In this document: positions 26,030 to 41,700 of the stretch, in pieces | Layout of the letters: every line of letters begins with the position of its first letter | Position numbering within the stretch: position 1 is the stretch's first letter | Source: the human T2T-CHM13v2.0 reference genome, Homo sapiens | Length of the DNA: 64,000 nucleotides | Reading direction: 5' to 3' (one strand) | NCBI RefSeq assembly: GCF_009914755.1 | Contig: NC_060944.1 | Translations under genes and position numbers: made by a program | Notes under the pieces: model-generated | What the model saw: the letters and a program-made list of their open reading frames with translations, nothing else | Told to the model about the DNA's origin: nothing | The model's database searches: none

Positions 26030-26506
26030 GGTGGCCTGGACAATGAATTTCTAAAGACAGTGACACCAAAATATGTCATCCATCCCCTGTGTTTCTCTCA
26101 TGATATGAGGTTGACCTGCCTCTATTTGAGGGGTGTCTATGTCCTCTGAATCTAAGTGGACCTTGGAAACCACTCCAACCAATAGATCAAGGGAAGTCAC
26201 ACTATGTGGCTTCTGGAACCAAGTTGCTTCTCTCCTGGGTCCCGTGCCTCCTGGAGCCCAGGGCTACCACGAGGGACATTGCCATGCAGGAGGCCATATG
26301 GAGAGAGCACAGGGAGCCTTGGATGCCCACAGTGCCCAGCTGGTCAAGCCTTCCTGCTGCAGCCCCGGGTGTCCTGGAGCTAAGACAAGCCCTCACACGG
26401 TGCTCGGCCCATGTCCCCAACCCACACACCAAGAGAGCAGTACATACGGTTTTGCAAAGCATTGAAGTTTGGGGTAGTTTGTTATGCAGCCATAGTGACT
26501 AAAATA
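26030..26506 (+). mobile_element. MaLR solo LTR (MLT1G/H-like)
   Basis: accaatagat...ggaagtcacactatgtggcttc...gaggccatatggagag...aagtttggggtagtttgttatgcagccatag. Confidence 0.7.
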
Positions 26507-27488
26507 ATCTGTGTTTCTCCAATACAGAAGGCTATATTAGCCAATAATCTGTGTTGCTTGGGCTTGTAGCCTGTGGGAAGCCCTGGGTGTAAGCTGGGAT
26601 GTGATTATGCTCAATTATAACATGAGAGGAGGTGGCAGCTCACTGCTCTTCAGTGGCTCTGTTCGTCCTTGTTCTTTCATATCTCTTAATCCAAAGGCAG
26701 CTGAGGCTTTTTCTCTGGGTCACCTTAGAGTCCTCCATTGTCAGTAACAGTAAAAAGGCAAGTGTGCAAGAGCTGAACTAGAAATGCCTGGTATTACATC
26801 CCTGGCCTGTGCAGATAGTGGGAGTAGACCTACACAAACGTGCTCTCCCCACAGAATCGCCTCAAGGAGGGGTGACAGATGCCAGCCTGCCACAGCAGCC
26901 AAGCACAGGAGACACCAAGGAGCCAGCATGTGCCCAGGCCCCTGGATCTCCTACTGCACACTCCATAAGGACTTCTGGATTTGGGCCATGTTTCCAGGAA
27001 GCAGCATAGTAGTACCTGAGAGTGAAGAACGACATGGCCAAGGTCTAGTCATGATTTTAAACAAGTTATAAATGAATCACGGTGCATCCATCCACTGGCA
27101 GACCGTCCCGCAGAGCTATATGTGCATGTGTGCCTCTAGAAAGCTGTCTGACACTAGCAGTGAAGGAACACTGAGGCTGCAAAACATCATGTCACCTTAT
27201 ATTTCATGTATGCACACACACTCACACACACATATGCTATTAAGAAGAGAATGGTTGTAAAGAAATATGTGCTAAATGATTAGTGGTGATTCATTCTCTC
27301 CAGCAAAAAATTATACAGAAATTCTTCTTTTGATATACTGTATATAAAGCTGAGATTTAAAAAAAGATATTAAAAGACTTTTAGAAAGAAAATCTGCTGC
27401 GCAGGTAATTTTGCAGCAGCACTGGGGCTCTCAGGAGGTGAGGGGCTGCTCTCCTCCCGAGTCTTGAAGTGCAGTGCTGCCCAGAGGT

Positions 27489-27658
27489 GGAGGGCGGGGC
27501 AAGGGACAAAGGACAGGGAACAGGGGCAGGAGCAGGGGATGGGGAGGGGACAGAAGACAGGGAGTGGGACATAGGGGGCAGAGTCAGGAGACAGGGGGCA
27601 GGGAGCAGGGGACAGGGGAGAGGAGACAGGGGCAGGGGACAGGAGACAAGGGGCAGGC
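27489..27658 (+). repeat. Purine-rich degenerate (GGGGACA/GGAGACA)n low-complexity tract
   Basis: ~170 bp almost devoid of T, with repeated caggg/gacagg. Confidence 0.8.
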
Positions 27659-27829
27659 TCGTGAATGAGGTGCCCAGGGCTTTCAGTCCTGGGATCCCCT
27701 GACCAGGGCCACTGGGACCAATGCTTCTGAAGCGGATGCATCGTTGCCAGGGAGTGGGGCGGGGTGGGGATGGCATATTGGCCTCAGTTCATGCTCTCCA
27801 TCAAGCAGTCCTGAGTTTGAACTGGGATT

Positions 27830-28040
27830 GGTATTAATTTCGATTCCCTACAAAGCAGAGCCTGAGATGAAAGCATTTGTGCCTGCACTGTCCTGGGAAA
27901 TAAGACCTCAAGGAAGCAGAGCTGCCAGGGAAGGAAAGCGAGGCAGGGAAGGAGAGGGGCCAAAACCCAAAACCAAGGGATGCATAGCTGGACCTGCTGC
28001 CGGGCCGGGTCCTGTGGGACTTCTTCAGGGAGCCTGAGGG
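27830..28040 (-). mobile_element. ERVL LTR fragment (LTR16/LTR33-like)
   Basis: aaagcagagcctgagatgaaagcatttgtgcc...tgggaaataagacctcaaggaagcag...gaggcagggaagga. Confidence 0.5.
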
Positions 28041-28604
28041 TCGCCGTGGCTTGCAATATGAATATGATGTCAGCCTACATAGAACAAGAAGCAGTCATCC
28101 ACTGGCTTCCATCTCCTACTGACCAACATCTACCCCGTCACCTAGCAGCTCTCTCACCCTTCCAGGGTGCAGCATCTGGCCGTCCTGGGCAGCTACGGGG
28201 AGACTAGATCCAGGAAGGGTCTGTGTCCTCCAAGACATAAGCCACCGGGCGGGCAGGGGAGCACCAAGACAGCAGGTCCCATCACTGGGGGATGGAGCCC
28301 CAAGAGAGACCCCCACTCAGTTCTACCGAAGTGAGGAGGAGCCACCTTATCTTCCTGGAGGGTCATCAGTACCACAGGGCAGAAAACCAAGATGCCAGGG
28401 TCCGTCCTGACCACATGGCCAACTCTGGGAGCAGGAACTGAGCCTCGACTTCCTTCAGCCTACCTGCCTGGTGGCTGCCTCCAGGGTGAGGCGAGGCAGC
28501 AGGCAAGCTGCCCGCACGCAGGAAGCCCTCTACATGCTCCTGGCTGGAAGCATTTGTGTTGCCATCAGCATTTACATCGCAACAGGAAGACTGCTCCACA
28601 TGGG

Positions 28605-28811
28605 CAGTGGCGGTGGCTCATGCAGTCTGCAGAGAGCCCACTGTTAAATGTCTAGCAATTCGAGGAGCCGGTTGTCAAACTATTGGTAGCTTGAATTCTG
28701 CAATAGTGGGAGGGTTTGCACCACAGAAGTCAGAAGATGCTACAAATTGGGGTTTGTTGGTGTCTTTTTAAAATTTTCCTTCCGGACTGCTGGCTTACTA
28801 GGTCACCACTG
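28605..28811 (+). mobile_element. MER63A-like hAT-Blackjack MITE
   Basis: Terminal CAGTGG...CCACTG; gagccggttgtcaaactattggtagcttgaa...gctacaaat. Confidence 0.7.
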
Positions 28812-28859
28812 CTCAGCGCCATCATTTTTTTTTTTATTTATCAAATTAAATGGGAGAGG

Positions 28860-29625
28860 GTGGTCCTAGAATTACCTGCATTGTCTCCCCTCTGGTGTCT
28901 CGTTTACATGCAGATTTTGGGATCCCACCCCAGACCTCTCAGAGCTAAATCTCCAAGGGTAAACCTAGCCCCTGTGTTGGACTGGAAAAGGTGATTTGCT
29001 TTATGCACGGTTACTTGAGGGACCCACTTGTCCAGGCATTCAGGTGCCCAGAGTCCAAGGTCTGAGACTCCAGGAGCCCTCAGCCATGTGCTTCTGCCCC
29101 ATCACTCTCAGTCACCTCTCAGGTGGAGCATTTTTCTTTTCACCTCCCTTTCTCATCAACAAAGCCTCACTGCTTTGACAGTTACAAAGCGTCCTAATTT
29201 ACCGGCTTTTCCTAAGGATGTCCACGTTGGCCGAGTAACTCATGGCTTTAAGCCTGAAACTTAAAAGGCCCACACACTTATGGCATGTAAGTGGCAGTGA
29301 GACCTTCAACGCATGAGTCACCCCCTTTCAAAGGTACTCACAGACATCTCAGAGAACAGAGGTCACAGCCATCCCAGAGCACAGGCCTTGGACCCACATC
29401 TTGGCATCCCCGGAAGCTAACAAATGCCAAATCTCCTGACCCAGATCTCTTTCCTCCAGACCAGCACATCTCAAACCTTAACCTGCCCACGAAACACCTG
29501 GAAATCATGTTAAAAGGCAGATTAGGTTCACAGGTCTGGGGCAGGGCCTGAGATTTTAGAAATTATCAAGCTCTCAGGGGATGCTGATGCTGCTGGTCCA
29601 GGGACCACACACTCAGTCTCAAGGG
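28860..29625. mobile_element. Two MER5A/MER5B fragments (28860-29020, 29465-29625)
   Basis: atgcagattttgggatcccaccccagacct; ggtctggggcagggcctgagatt...gatgctgatgctgctggtccagggaccacac. Confidence 0.65.
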
Positions 29626-29779
29626 TCTCTGATTCACCGTTACCCATGGAACCTTGTGGAAGAGAGAGTAAGAGCTCTGACACCATTACAGATGAAAGGA
29701 TTCACTACATTTTTTATATTTGTTTCTGCTGCCTGCTACCTTCTCTTCTAGGTGTGTCTCAGCTAGGACCCCTAGACTT

Positions 29780-30268
29780 TAGTTTCACTTATTGATTGCC
29801 ACAGAATGCTTCAAAACTTAGAAGCTTAAACAACAAAAATTAATTTGAGCTGGAGCTCAGCTGGGCAGTTCTTCAGCTCCAGGTAGCATGTGCAAGAGCT
29901 GGTGCACCCCATGTTCACATACCTGGGGCTTCTCTAGAGAGCTAGTGTGGCTGGGAGTTGATCAGACATGTGAGCTCTCTCTCCCTGTGATCTGACCACC
30001 AGGGTAGTTTGGGCTTCCTTATAGCTTGGTGGTCTCAGATCACTTGGAGCTCTTATGTGACAGCTGCCTTACACAAGAAAGCATTCCAAGAAGACAAACC
30101 CCCATGAAGAAACATTGATCAGGTCTCTGCCTGTATCGCACTTGCTAACATCCTGTTCTCAACAAGTTACATGGCCAAGCCCAGAGTCAATGGGGAAAGG
30201 GCCTACACAAGGGTGAGAACGCCGGATGGTGTGGTTCACTGGGGCTGCAGATACAAAAGCCTACCATA
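29780..30268 (-). mobile_element. MaLR LTR (MLT1H/I-like)
   Basis: caaaacttagaagcttaaacaac...gctcagctgggcagttcttc...acatggccaagcccagagtcaatg...gcctaccata. Confidence 0.7.
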
Positions 30269-31234
30269 GCCTCTAACTTCTGATTCCCACACTGGTGTTT
30301 ATTCATCTGTCCTTATCTGAAGTTCAATTCCCATAGAAATTATCTCACCTAATAGCTCATTTGAGGGAGTCTTGGATCTGTAGCAATTATCAGAAAACTG
30401 CTTTCTGAATTCAGCTTCATTAGAACATTTAAAAGGAAACAGTTCATTAGAATTTCAGAAATACTCATTTTCATGCAAGACTTGCTTGCTTAGGTTATTA
30501 CATTGAAAATTAATTAATTCTTTTAGTCATATTTTTAATGGAGGAGGAATTTAATTCTTTGAATAATATGACACATTTCTGCTGAAGACTGACAGCTGTG
30601 GGTATTAATCACTGTTCTCATTTCAGAACCTATTCTCCCTGCCCAATTTCATTATTTCATGGTGAAGGAATGGTTTAGAATTGCCACTGGCAAAAAAGGA
30701 ATTTGGACCACAAGCTAGGGTACTGTTATTACGAATACGGTGACAAAGAGGTTGGGAGCTTCACCCAAACCCTGAAGATTTCACCATCCCACACTCTGTG
30801 GCCCAGCAGCACCAGCTAGCGGCATCATCGCCTCACATTTCAAAGTTGCTCCTGCACTTATATCTAGGGTGGCTTATAAGAAATGGGCAAAAGATCACAT
30901 TTTCCTTAAAACTTTTTGTCCACATATTTTTATTAAAAAAATAAAGAGCATGTTAAAAATGATCCAGACAGATCAAAAGAATGTGCAATGAAAAATCATT
31001 TTCTTTCCACCCAGCAAGGCTGGACACCAATCCTCAGCATTTCGGAGACAGTGAGTCCAGTTGCTCACATTGTGTGTGTGCGTGTGTGTGTGTGTCTGAA
31101 TGTGTCTGTTTCACATCCACTTTTGAATGTTTGCTAAAGAACACTTCAAAACTTAGCAGCTTAAATAACAGGAATTAATTTGAGCTGGGGCTCAGCTGAG
31201 CAGTTCTTCAGCTCTAGGTGTATATGTGAGGGCT

Positions 31235-33030
<1,796 letters not shown>

Positions 33031-33042
33031 CTTACAACTTAT

Positions 33043-33946
33043 TGTAACGGTACATGTCCAGGAAGAAAAATAAACCACATCAGGTATCTTAAGAAAAACA
33101 AATTTAATATAAAATATTGTCAACCAAGTATTGAACCAAAAAAAGAAAGGGGAAAATACTAAGATACCTTTAAGATAACAACTCCTGGGACCCACTGCCA
33201 TATCTAGGCTAGAGAAACAAAGTGAAGAGGTTGAAACATTAAAATCTATAGCTCTGATGGAGGAGCATTCTCAAGCTGGAAGCTAGACTTCTGAGTAGGG
33301 GTTGCTACTTGGTTAGTGCTGGTGTCTTCGAGCTCCCAGGAATGGTCCTAAGGGTCTGTGACCCAGATATCTAAGGATAGGACTCCTTGGCTGGTGCTGG
33401 CACATCAGGAATTGAGAGGAGGGAACTGAGATGAGTGCTCTGCGGAGGGGGCCACTGCTTATCAGGAGTTGCTGCCTGACCTCAGCAGAAGAAGCCCATG
33501 GAGCTAAGGCCAAGAGAAGAGGCAGTGCATGGCTGGTCCTGGTACATTAGGAGCCCAAAAAGAGGTCTCATGAAACAGACCCAGGCTGGGAGGCAGAGTT
33601 CCAGCTGAGTGTTGTCCATGTCTCTGAGTGCCATCCAGTCATCGGTTCTGAGTGTGAGTAACTGTGGAGGGAATTCAGCTGCTGCAGAGGAAGGAGCTGC
33701 CACAACTGGGGTGAGGACCCATTGCTGGGGAGATGCTGATAGGAACTGGGAGCCCTCAGGAGGGAAGGAGCAGGTCCTGTTCCTCCTACAGCCATGACGC
33801 CTCCCTCTAACACCGCTTCTTGGTGTCCCCCACAATGGGGGACAGCTGACAGATTAGAAACGTGGCTGCAGAATCCCAGCCCCATCACAGAGCAGAGGTT
33901 AAAAGGGTGGGCATGCAGCCAGAGGAAACAGCTTAAGAGACAGCAC
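33043..33946 (-). mobile_element. ERVL-class solo LTR (LTR41-like)
   Basis: tgta...aaaccacatcagg...aatttaatataaaa...ctaggct.gagaaacaaagtgaagaggttg...gcagaatcccagcccc..aagggtggg..agcttaa..cagcac. Confidence 0.55.
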
Positions 33947-35754
33947 TCTTCCGAAGAAGCATTTGTCCAAAATCCCCTTCTGCGTCACAGCTCAGCTTTC
34001 AGATGCATGTCCTACATCAGCCTTGCTTGTTAGCTTCTTTTGTTGCTGGCTCCTTTCCGAGTTACCCACTGAGGGAAAAGGGAAACATGGGGGGAAGGAA
34101 AGGGCATCCACTGGGGTGGTGAAACATCCACCCAGGTGTTTTCTTTCACGCCATGCTCACTTAGCTTTTGGTTAACTTTAGCTAATTGGATTAGTTGGTT
34201 GCTGTGCACACTCTCCCTTTATCCTTCCCCTACTGCCATCTGCCTCTTGCAGAAACAGCTCTTCTGTGCAGCCTGTCCTCTACCCCACTCCCTGGCCTGC
34301 TTCAACACAATGTGCCAGGGTTTGGGGGCTGCTCCCATGGTCTCTCCATGTTCCAGATGTTGCAGTGGCAGGTTCTAGGTCCTTGACTGGGCCTTCGTTG
34401 CTATCTAACTCTCTTTGAGACCTCTGTCATTCTTGGGAGACATGAGGGGTCATCTTTATTTCATACTGTTTTTCTTTCTGTCCAATTTCACTCTATTTGC
34501 CAGCTATTCTTCACAGTGGGTGGTTTGAGGTAGTGGGCTTCTTTCTAATTTAGTTAAATATGGAGTTTTCTTCTCCATTTCTTCATTCCTTTTGGCTGTT
34601 TTTGGTTGTTGGGTAAGAGTATAAATATCTCTATACTGATATTTTCAACTAGAAGCCAGAAAACTGGGATTGAAACCTTTATCTGCCATTGATCTTCAAA
34701 GTCTATCATGATTGAGTACTTTGACAATGAGTACAAGAAAAGACAGTAGTGCTTCTCTAGCTTACTATGTTTCCTTTTTTCTACCTTGGCTCTTAGGCAG
34801 CTCAAAACAAAAAAGAGAGGTCAATTTTGGTAACTCCAGTTTTTATGTTAGCTCTCCAACAGACTTCTTGTGATTTTTTTCACAACGTAGATAGCTGCTT
34901 GAAGTCTCTTTATATGCCACTTGAAACCCTGTCTGCAAGCATGTCAAGTGTACTTGATCATTTTTAAAGTTCGATAGGATCTCTAATTAAGATGTGGACA
35001 TCAAGCTGTAGTCTTTGAATAAATGCAGGAGAAACCTCCTAAGAGGGATCACCCCACCGCTCATTCTGGGGGTTCCCAGTGGCAGTATTTTAGGCACTCA
35101 AGGGATAGTGCCTCCGTGGCATTGGTTAACATGTCCATCATGGTTAGTATTTACTTTAGTCTTAGCCTAAATTAGCTCATGTCTGTAACCATCTATCTTC
35201 CTTAGCTGTGTGTCATCAGAGGGCATGCATCTCATTTCGGCTCTCATTTCACCCCCATGACCTCCCCACCTGAAATACAGCAAATGCTTTAGTAAATGAA
35301 TTAAAATGGTAGAACTTGGCACAGAATGCATGTTCAAGATGTGAAATGTGTGAGTGAGTGAGGAATGGAGCAAATGAGTAAGTGAATGAATGCCGTGAAG
35401 ACATCTGGCAAGTTTTCTGCAATTAGGCATACACTCTGGGCCAAGTGCTATGCTAAGTTCCGTTTAGAGGAGAGATAGAAGTTGGCATGCACTTTTTGTT
35501 CACAGGAAAGAACACTCTCTTAGGCACTAGACAAGGTGGTTTAACTCACAGAGGCTAGAATAATTCCCCGGCACTGGGCATAGCGCTCTTGGAGAAGAAA
35601 ATGCTATATGGGCAAAGAAAAATAAGTCATTGTAAATTTCTGTATTGTATACCTTTTGGGAGCCTAGACAAGCCAAGCTCCTCACTGGGAAAGGCAAATC
35701 AGGGCATACAATTTGGCATCATCATAAAAGGCAGCACATGAAACTTCACACAAC

Positions 35755-38700
35755 ATGAAATTACCCTCTTAAAGTGTACAATTCACGGAGTTTTAGTACA
35801 TTCACGGGGTTGTGCAACCATTACCACCATCAAATTCCAGAACATTCTTACTACCCCAAAGAAAACCCCACAGCTATTACCAGTTACTTCTAAGTCTCCC
35901 CTACCTCCAGTCCCTGGCAATCACAAATCTAGTTTCTGTCTTTTATGTTTTTCATGTTGTGGACATTTTCTATCGGGGGACCATACAAGAAAGCCTTTTG
36001 TATCTGCCTTCTTTCACTCAGCATAATGTTTTCTAGGTTCATCCATGTGGTAGCATGTATGGTGCTTCATTCCTTCCTATATCTGAATAATATTTCATTG
36101 TATGGACATACAATGTTCTGTTTATCCATTCATCATTTGATGGTCATTGGTCATTTGGGTTGTTTTCACCTTTTTGATGATATGAATCATGCTGTTTGAA
36201 CATTCATTTACAAGGAGTTTTAGTAAATATATGTTTTCAGTTTTCTAGGGTATGTACTTAGAAGTGGAATTGCTGGATCATGGAGTAACTCTGTATATAA
36301 CTGTTTGAGGAACTGCCAAACTGTTTCCACAGCAGTTGCATCACTTTATATTCCCACTAGCAATAAATGAGGGTTCAAAGTTTCCTACATCTTTGTCAAC
36401 ACTTATTACTATTCATCTTCTTATTATAGCCATCCTATAGGTATAGGAAGTGGTATCTCATTGTAATTTTGATTTGCATTTCCTTGATGACTAATGTCAT
36501 TCAGTATCTTTTCATGTGCTTGTGGCCATTTGTATACCTTCTTTGGAGAAATGTTTATTCAAGTCCTTTGCCCATTTTTAAAATGAGATTGCCTTTTATT
36601 ATTGAGTTGTAAGAGTTGTTTATACATTCTGAATGATAGATGCTTCTCAACTATATGATTTACAAATCTTTCCCCCATTTCTTGGGTTGTCCTTTCACTT
36701 TCTTGGTAGTGTCCTTTGATTTGCATAAGCTCTTAATTTTGATTGTCTTATACATTTATTCTGGGTTTCCTGTGCTTTTTTAACATTTTATTTTTTATTT
36801 AAAAAGTTTTTGAGGAACAGGTGGTATTTGGTTACATACCAAATGGTGGTATTTGGATAAGTTCTTTAGTGATGATTTCCAAGATTTTGGCGCACCCATC
36901 ACCCAAGAAGTGTACACTGTATGCAATGTGTAGTCTTTTATCCCTCACCCCACTCTTACCCTTTCTCCTGATTCCCCAAAGTCCATTGTATTATTCTTAA
37001 AATTCCAGGAATTTATCCATCTCCTCTATGTTTTCTAGTTTGTGCACGTGAAGGTGTTCATAGTAGCCTTGAATGATCTTTTGTATTTCTGTGGTATCAG
37101 TTGTAGTAGCTCCCATTTCATTGCTAATTGAGCTTATTAAGATCTTCTTTCCTGTTGTCTTGGTTAATCTCACTAATGGTCTATTAATTTTGTTTATCTT
37201 TTCAAAGAACCTGCTTTTTGTTTAATTTATCTTTTGTATTTTTTTTTATTTCAATTTCATTTACTTCTGCTCTGATCTTTGTTATGTCTTTTCTTCCATT
37301 GGGTTTGGGTTTGGTTTGTTCTTGTTTCTCTAGTTCCTTGAGGTGTGACCTTAGACTCTCTATTTGTGCTCTTTCAGACTTTTTAATGTAGGCATTCAAT
37401 GCTATGAACTTTCCTGTTAGCACCACTTTTGCTGTATCCTGGAGATTTTGATAGGCTGTGTCACTATTATAATTCAGTTAAAAAAATTTTTTTATTTCCA
37501 TCTTGATTTCATCATTGACCCAATGATCATTCAGGAACAGGTTATTTACTTTCCATGTATTTGGATGGTTTTGAAGGTTTCTTCCACCGTGGTTTGAGAG
37601 AGCACTTGATATAATTTTGATTTTCTTAAATTAATCAAAACTTGTTTTGTATCCTATTATATGTTCTATCTTGGAGAATGTTCCATGTGCTGATAAATAG
37701 AATGTATATTCTGCAGTTGTTAGATAGAATGTTCTGTAAATATCTGTTAAGTCCATTTGTTCTATGGTATAGTTTAAGTCCGTTGTTTCTTTGTTGACCT
37801 TCTGTCTTGATGACCTGTCTAGTGCTGTCAGTGGAGTATTGAAGTCCCCCACTATTATTGTGTTTCTGTCTATCTCATTTCTTAGGTCTAGTAGTAATTG
37901 TTTTATAAATTTGGGCGCTGCAGTGTTAGGTGCATATATATTTAGAACTGTTATGTTTTCCTCTTGGACTAGTCCTTTTATCATTATGTAATGTCCTTCT
38001 TTGTCTTTTTTAACCACTGTTGCTTTAAAGTCTGTTTTGTCTGATATAAGAATAGGTACTTCTGCTCGCTTTTGGTGTCCATTTGTGTAGAATATCTTCT
38101 TCCACCCCTTTACCTTAAGTTTATGAGACCTTATATGTTAGGCGAGTCTCTTAAAGGCAGCAGATACTTGGTTGGTGAATTCTTATCTATTCTGCCATTC
38201 TCTGTCTCTTAAGTGGAGCATTCAGGACATTTACGTACAACTTAAATATCAAGAGGTGAGATACTATTCTATTCCTTATGCTAGTTGTTACCAAAATACC
38301 TTTTTTTCATTGTGTTCTTATTTTATAAGTCCTTTGAGATTTATGATTTAAAGAGGTTTTATTTTGGTGTATTTCAAGAATTTGTTTCAAGGTTTAGAGC
38401 TCCTTTTAGAAGTTCTGGTATTGTTGGCTTGGTAGTGGTGAATTCTCTCAGCATTGGTTTTTCTGAAAAAGACTGTATTTTCCCTTCATTTATGAAATTT
38501 AGTTTTGCTCGATATAAAATTATTGGCTGATGATTGTTTGATTGTTTTGTTTAAGGAAGCTAAAGATAGGATTCCAATCCCTTCTAGCTTGTAGGGTTTC
38601 TGCTGAGAAATCTGCTGTTAATCTGATAGGATTTTCATTTATAGGTTACCTGATGATTTTGCCTCACAGGTCTTAAGATTCTTTCCTTCATTTTGACTTT

Positions 38701-41700
38701 AGATAACTTGATGACTATGTGCCTAGGCAATGATCTTTTTGTAATGAATTTCCCAGATGTTCTTTGAGTTTTTTGTATTTTGATGCCTAGATCTCCAGCA
38801 AGGCCAGGGAAGTTTTCCTTGATCATTCTCTCAAATATGTTTTGCAAACTTTTAGATTTCTCTTCTTCCTTAGGAACACCAATTATTCTTAGGTTTTGTC
38901 CTTTAACATAATCCCAAACTCCTTGGAGGCTTTGTTCATTTTTTTATTCTTTTTTATTTGTCTTTGTTGGATTGGATTTGAAAGCCTTGTGTTTGCATTC
39001 TGAAGTTCTTTTTTCCACTTGTTCAATTCGATTGCTGAAACTTTCCAGTGTATTTTGCATTTCTCTAAGTGTGTCCTTCATTTCCAGAAGTCGTGATTGT
39101 TTTTTATTTATGATATCTATTTCTCTGGAGATTTTTCCATCCATATTCTGTATCTTTTTTTTTAATTTCTTTAAGTGGGTCTTCACCATTCTCTGGTGCC
39201 TCCCTGATTAGCTTAATAGTCAGCCTTCTGAGTTATCTTTTTGGCAATTCAGATACTTTTTCTTGGCTTGGATCCATTGTTGGTGAGCTAGTGTGATCTT
39301 TCAGGATATTAAAGAACCTTGTTTTGTCATCTTACCAGGATTCTTTTTCTGGTTCCTTCTCATTTGGGTAGACTATGTCAGAGGGAAGATTTGGGACTCA
39401 AAGGCTGCTATTCAAATTTTTGTCCCACTGGGTCCTTCCTTGATGTGGTGCTCTCCCCTTTCCTTCCCCTAGGGATGGGGCTTCCTAAGAGCCAAACTGT
39501 AGTGATTGTTATTTCTCTTCTAGATCCAGCCACCCAATGGAGCTACTGGGCTCTGGCCTGGTACTGGGGAGTGTGTCTGCAAAGAGTCCTGTGATGTGAT
39601 CTGTCTTCAGGTCTCTTAGCTGCGAATACCAGCACCTGTTCCAGTGGTGGTAGCAGGGGAGTAAAGTGGACTCAGTGAGGGTCTTTGGTTGTATTTTTGT
39701 TAAGCGTGCTGGTTTTGTGTTGGTTGTCCTCCAGTGCATCAGCTGCAGTAGTATAGGGAGGATCCGGGGGTGGATGGAGCCATAGAGCTCCCAAGAGATT
39801 ATGTCGTTTGTCTTCAGCTACCTCTACCAGGGCAAGTAGAGAAAGACCATCAGATGGGGTCAGAGTTAGGCATGGCTGAGCTCAGACTCTCCTTGGGTGG
39901 GGTTTGCCATGGCTGCTGTAGAGGATGGGTGTTTTGTTCTCAGACCAATGGAGTTATGTTCCCAGGGGGATTATGGCGGCCTATTCTGTGTCATACAGGT
40001 CACCAGGGAAGTGGGGAAAACCAGCATGACAGGCCTCACCCAGCTCCCAGACAGTCCAAAAGGCCCGTCTCACTTCCACTGTGCCCCCACAAGAGCATCG
40101 GGTTTATTTCCAGGCAGCCAGTGAGCAGGGCTGAGAACCTGCCCCAGACTACAAGCCTCCCCACTGAGAAATCAAGCAGGGCTTTCAGGCTTCTGGCCTC
40201 CCTGCCTGCCATGGTTTCTGTGTTTATATATGCACTCCCTGTTCACCTCCTCCCCTGGATTCTGTCCAGGAAACTTCATGTTTGGTTGAAATTGTTATAA
40301 AGTCTAGCTGGAAGTTTCCTTCTCCCTGTGGTCTTTCCCCAGTTCCACTGGCACACCTCCGCAGAGACGCCTGAGAGACAAAGTCAGGAATGGCTTTCCT
40401 GGGCACCAAAAGTGCCTACAGGGTTCTTCCCACTGCTTCCTCTACCCCTATATTTCACTTGGCTCTCTAAATTCATCTCAGCCCCAGGTAAGGTCAAATT
40501 CTTTTCCCATCATCTAGACCTTCAGGCTCCCCAGTGAGGATGTGTGTTCAGGGACAGACATGACCCTCTCACACTTTGGGCACTCAGTTTTTCAGCTGTC
40601 TCATGGATCCTACCATGGCAAGCTGCTTCCTTCAAAGGGGCTTGTGCTTTTTTGTCATATCTAAAAAACGATTGCTTAATCCAACTTCACAAAGACTTAA
40701 ACGTATGTTTTCTCTAAAAATGTTACAGATTGGCTTTTACATTTAGGTCTTTGATCCATTTTGGTTAATTTTTCTATATTGTTTGAGGTGGGAGCCAACT
40801 TAATTTTTTCACATCTTAGCACCATTTGTTGAAAAGGTTATTCTTTTCTCATTCAATTGTCTTGGTAACTTTGTTGATAATCAATTGCCCATAGATGCAC
40901 AGATTTATGTCTGGACTCTCAATTATATTCTATCATCCATATGTCTATCATTGTGCCAGTACCTTATTGTCTTGATTAATTTAGCTTTGTAGTAAGTTTT
41001 GGAATGAGGTAGTGTAAGTCTTCCAGCTTTGTTGTTCTTTTTTAAAAATTGTTTTGGATACTCCAGGTTCCATTTCCATAAAGATTTTAGATGAGAATTT
41101 ATATTCCTGGAAAACATAAAGTTGGTATTTTAATAGGGAGCACATGAAATCTCTGTATCAACTTGGCATGTATTACTACCTTAACAAAATTCATTCAATC
41201 CATGAATACGGGATGTCTTTTCATTCATTTTGTTATACACTTTATTCTAGTTATCTTTTGTAGCTTTCAGTGTATAAGTCTTACACTTCTTTAAATTTAT
41301 TCCTAAGTATTTCATTCTTTTTGGTGCTACTATACATGAGATTATTTTCTTAATTTCATTTTCAGATGGTTTATTGCTAATGTATAGAAATGCAACTGAT
41401 TTTTATGTATTGATTTTGAATCCTACAAGTTTGCTGAAGTCATAATAGTTTATTTGTGCATTCTCTGGGAATTTCTATATATGAGGTCAGATCATCTACA
41501 AATACTGATAAGTGTACTTCTTCCTTTCCAATCTGCATGTCTTTTATGTATTTTTCTGACCTAATTGACCTGGGTAGAACTTCCAGAACAATGTTAAATG
41601 AAGTGGCAAGAGGAGAGACATTCCTGTTTTATCCCTGATCTTCTAGGAAAGATTCTGGTCTTTTGCTATTAAGTATGATATTAACTGTGGGGTTTTCATA

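Noticed and set aside
37631-38017. Functional L1 endonuclease or other active element
   Set aside because: Only a 128-aa fragment among stops and frameshifts, and the element lacks RT
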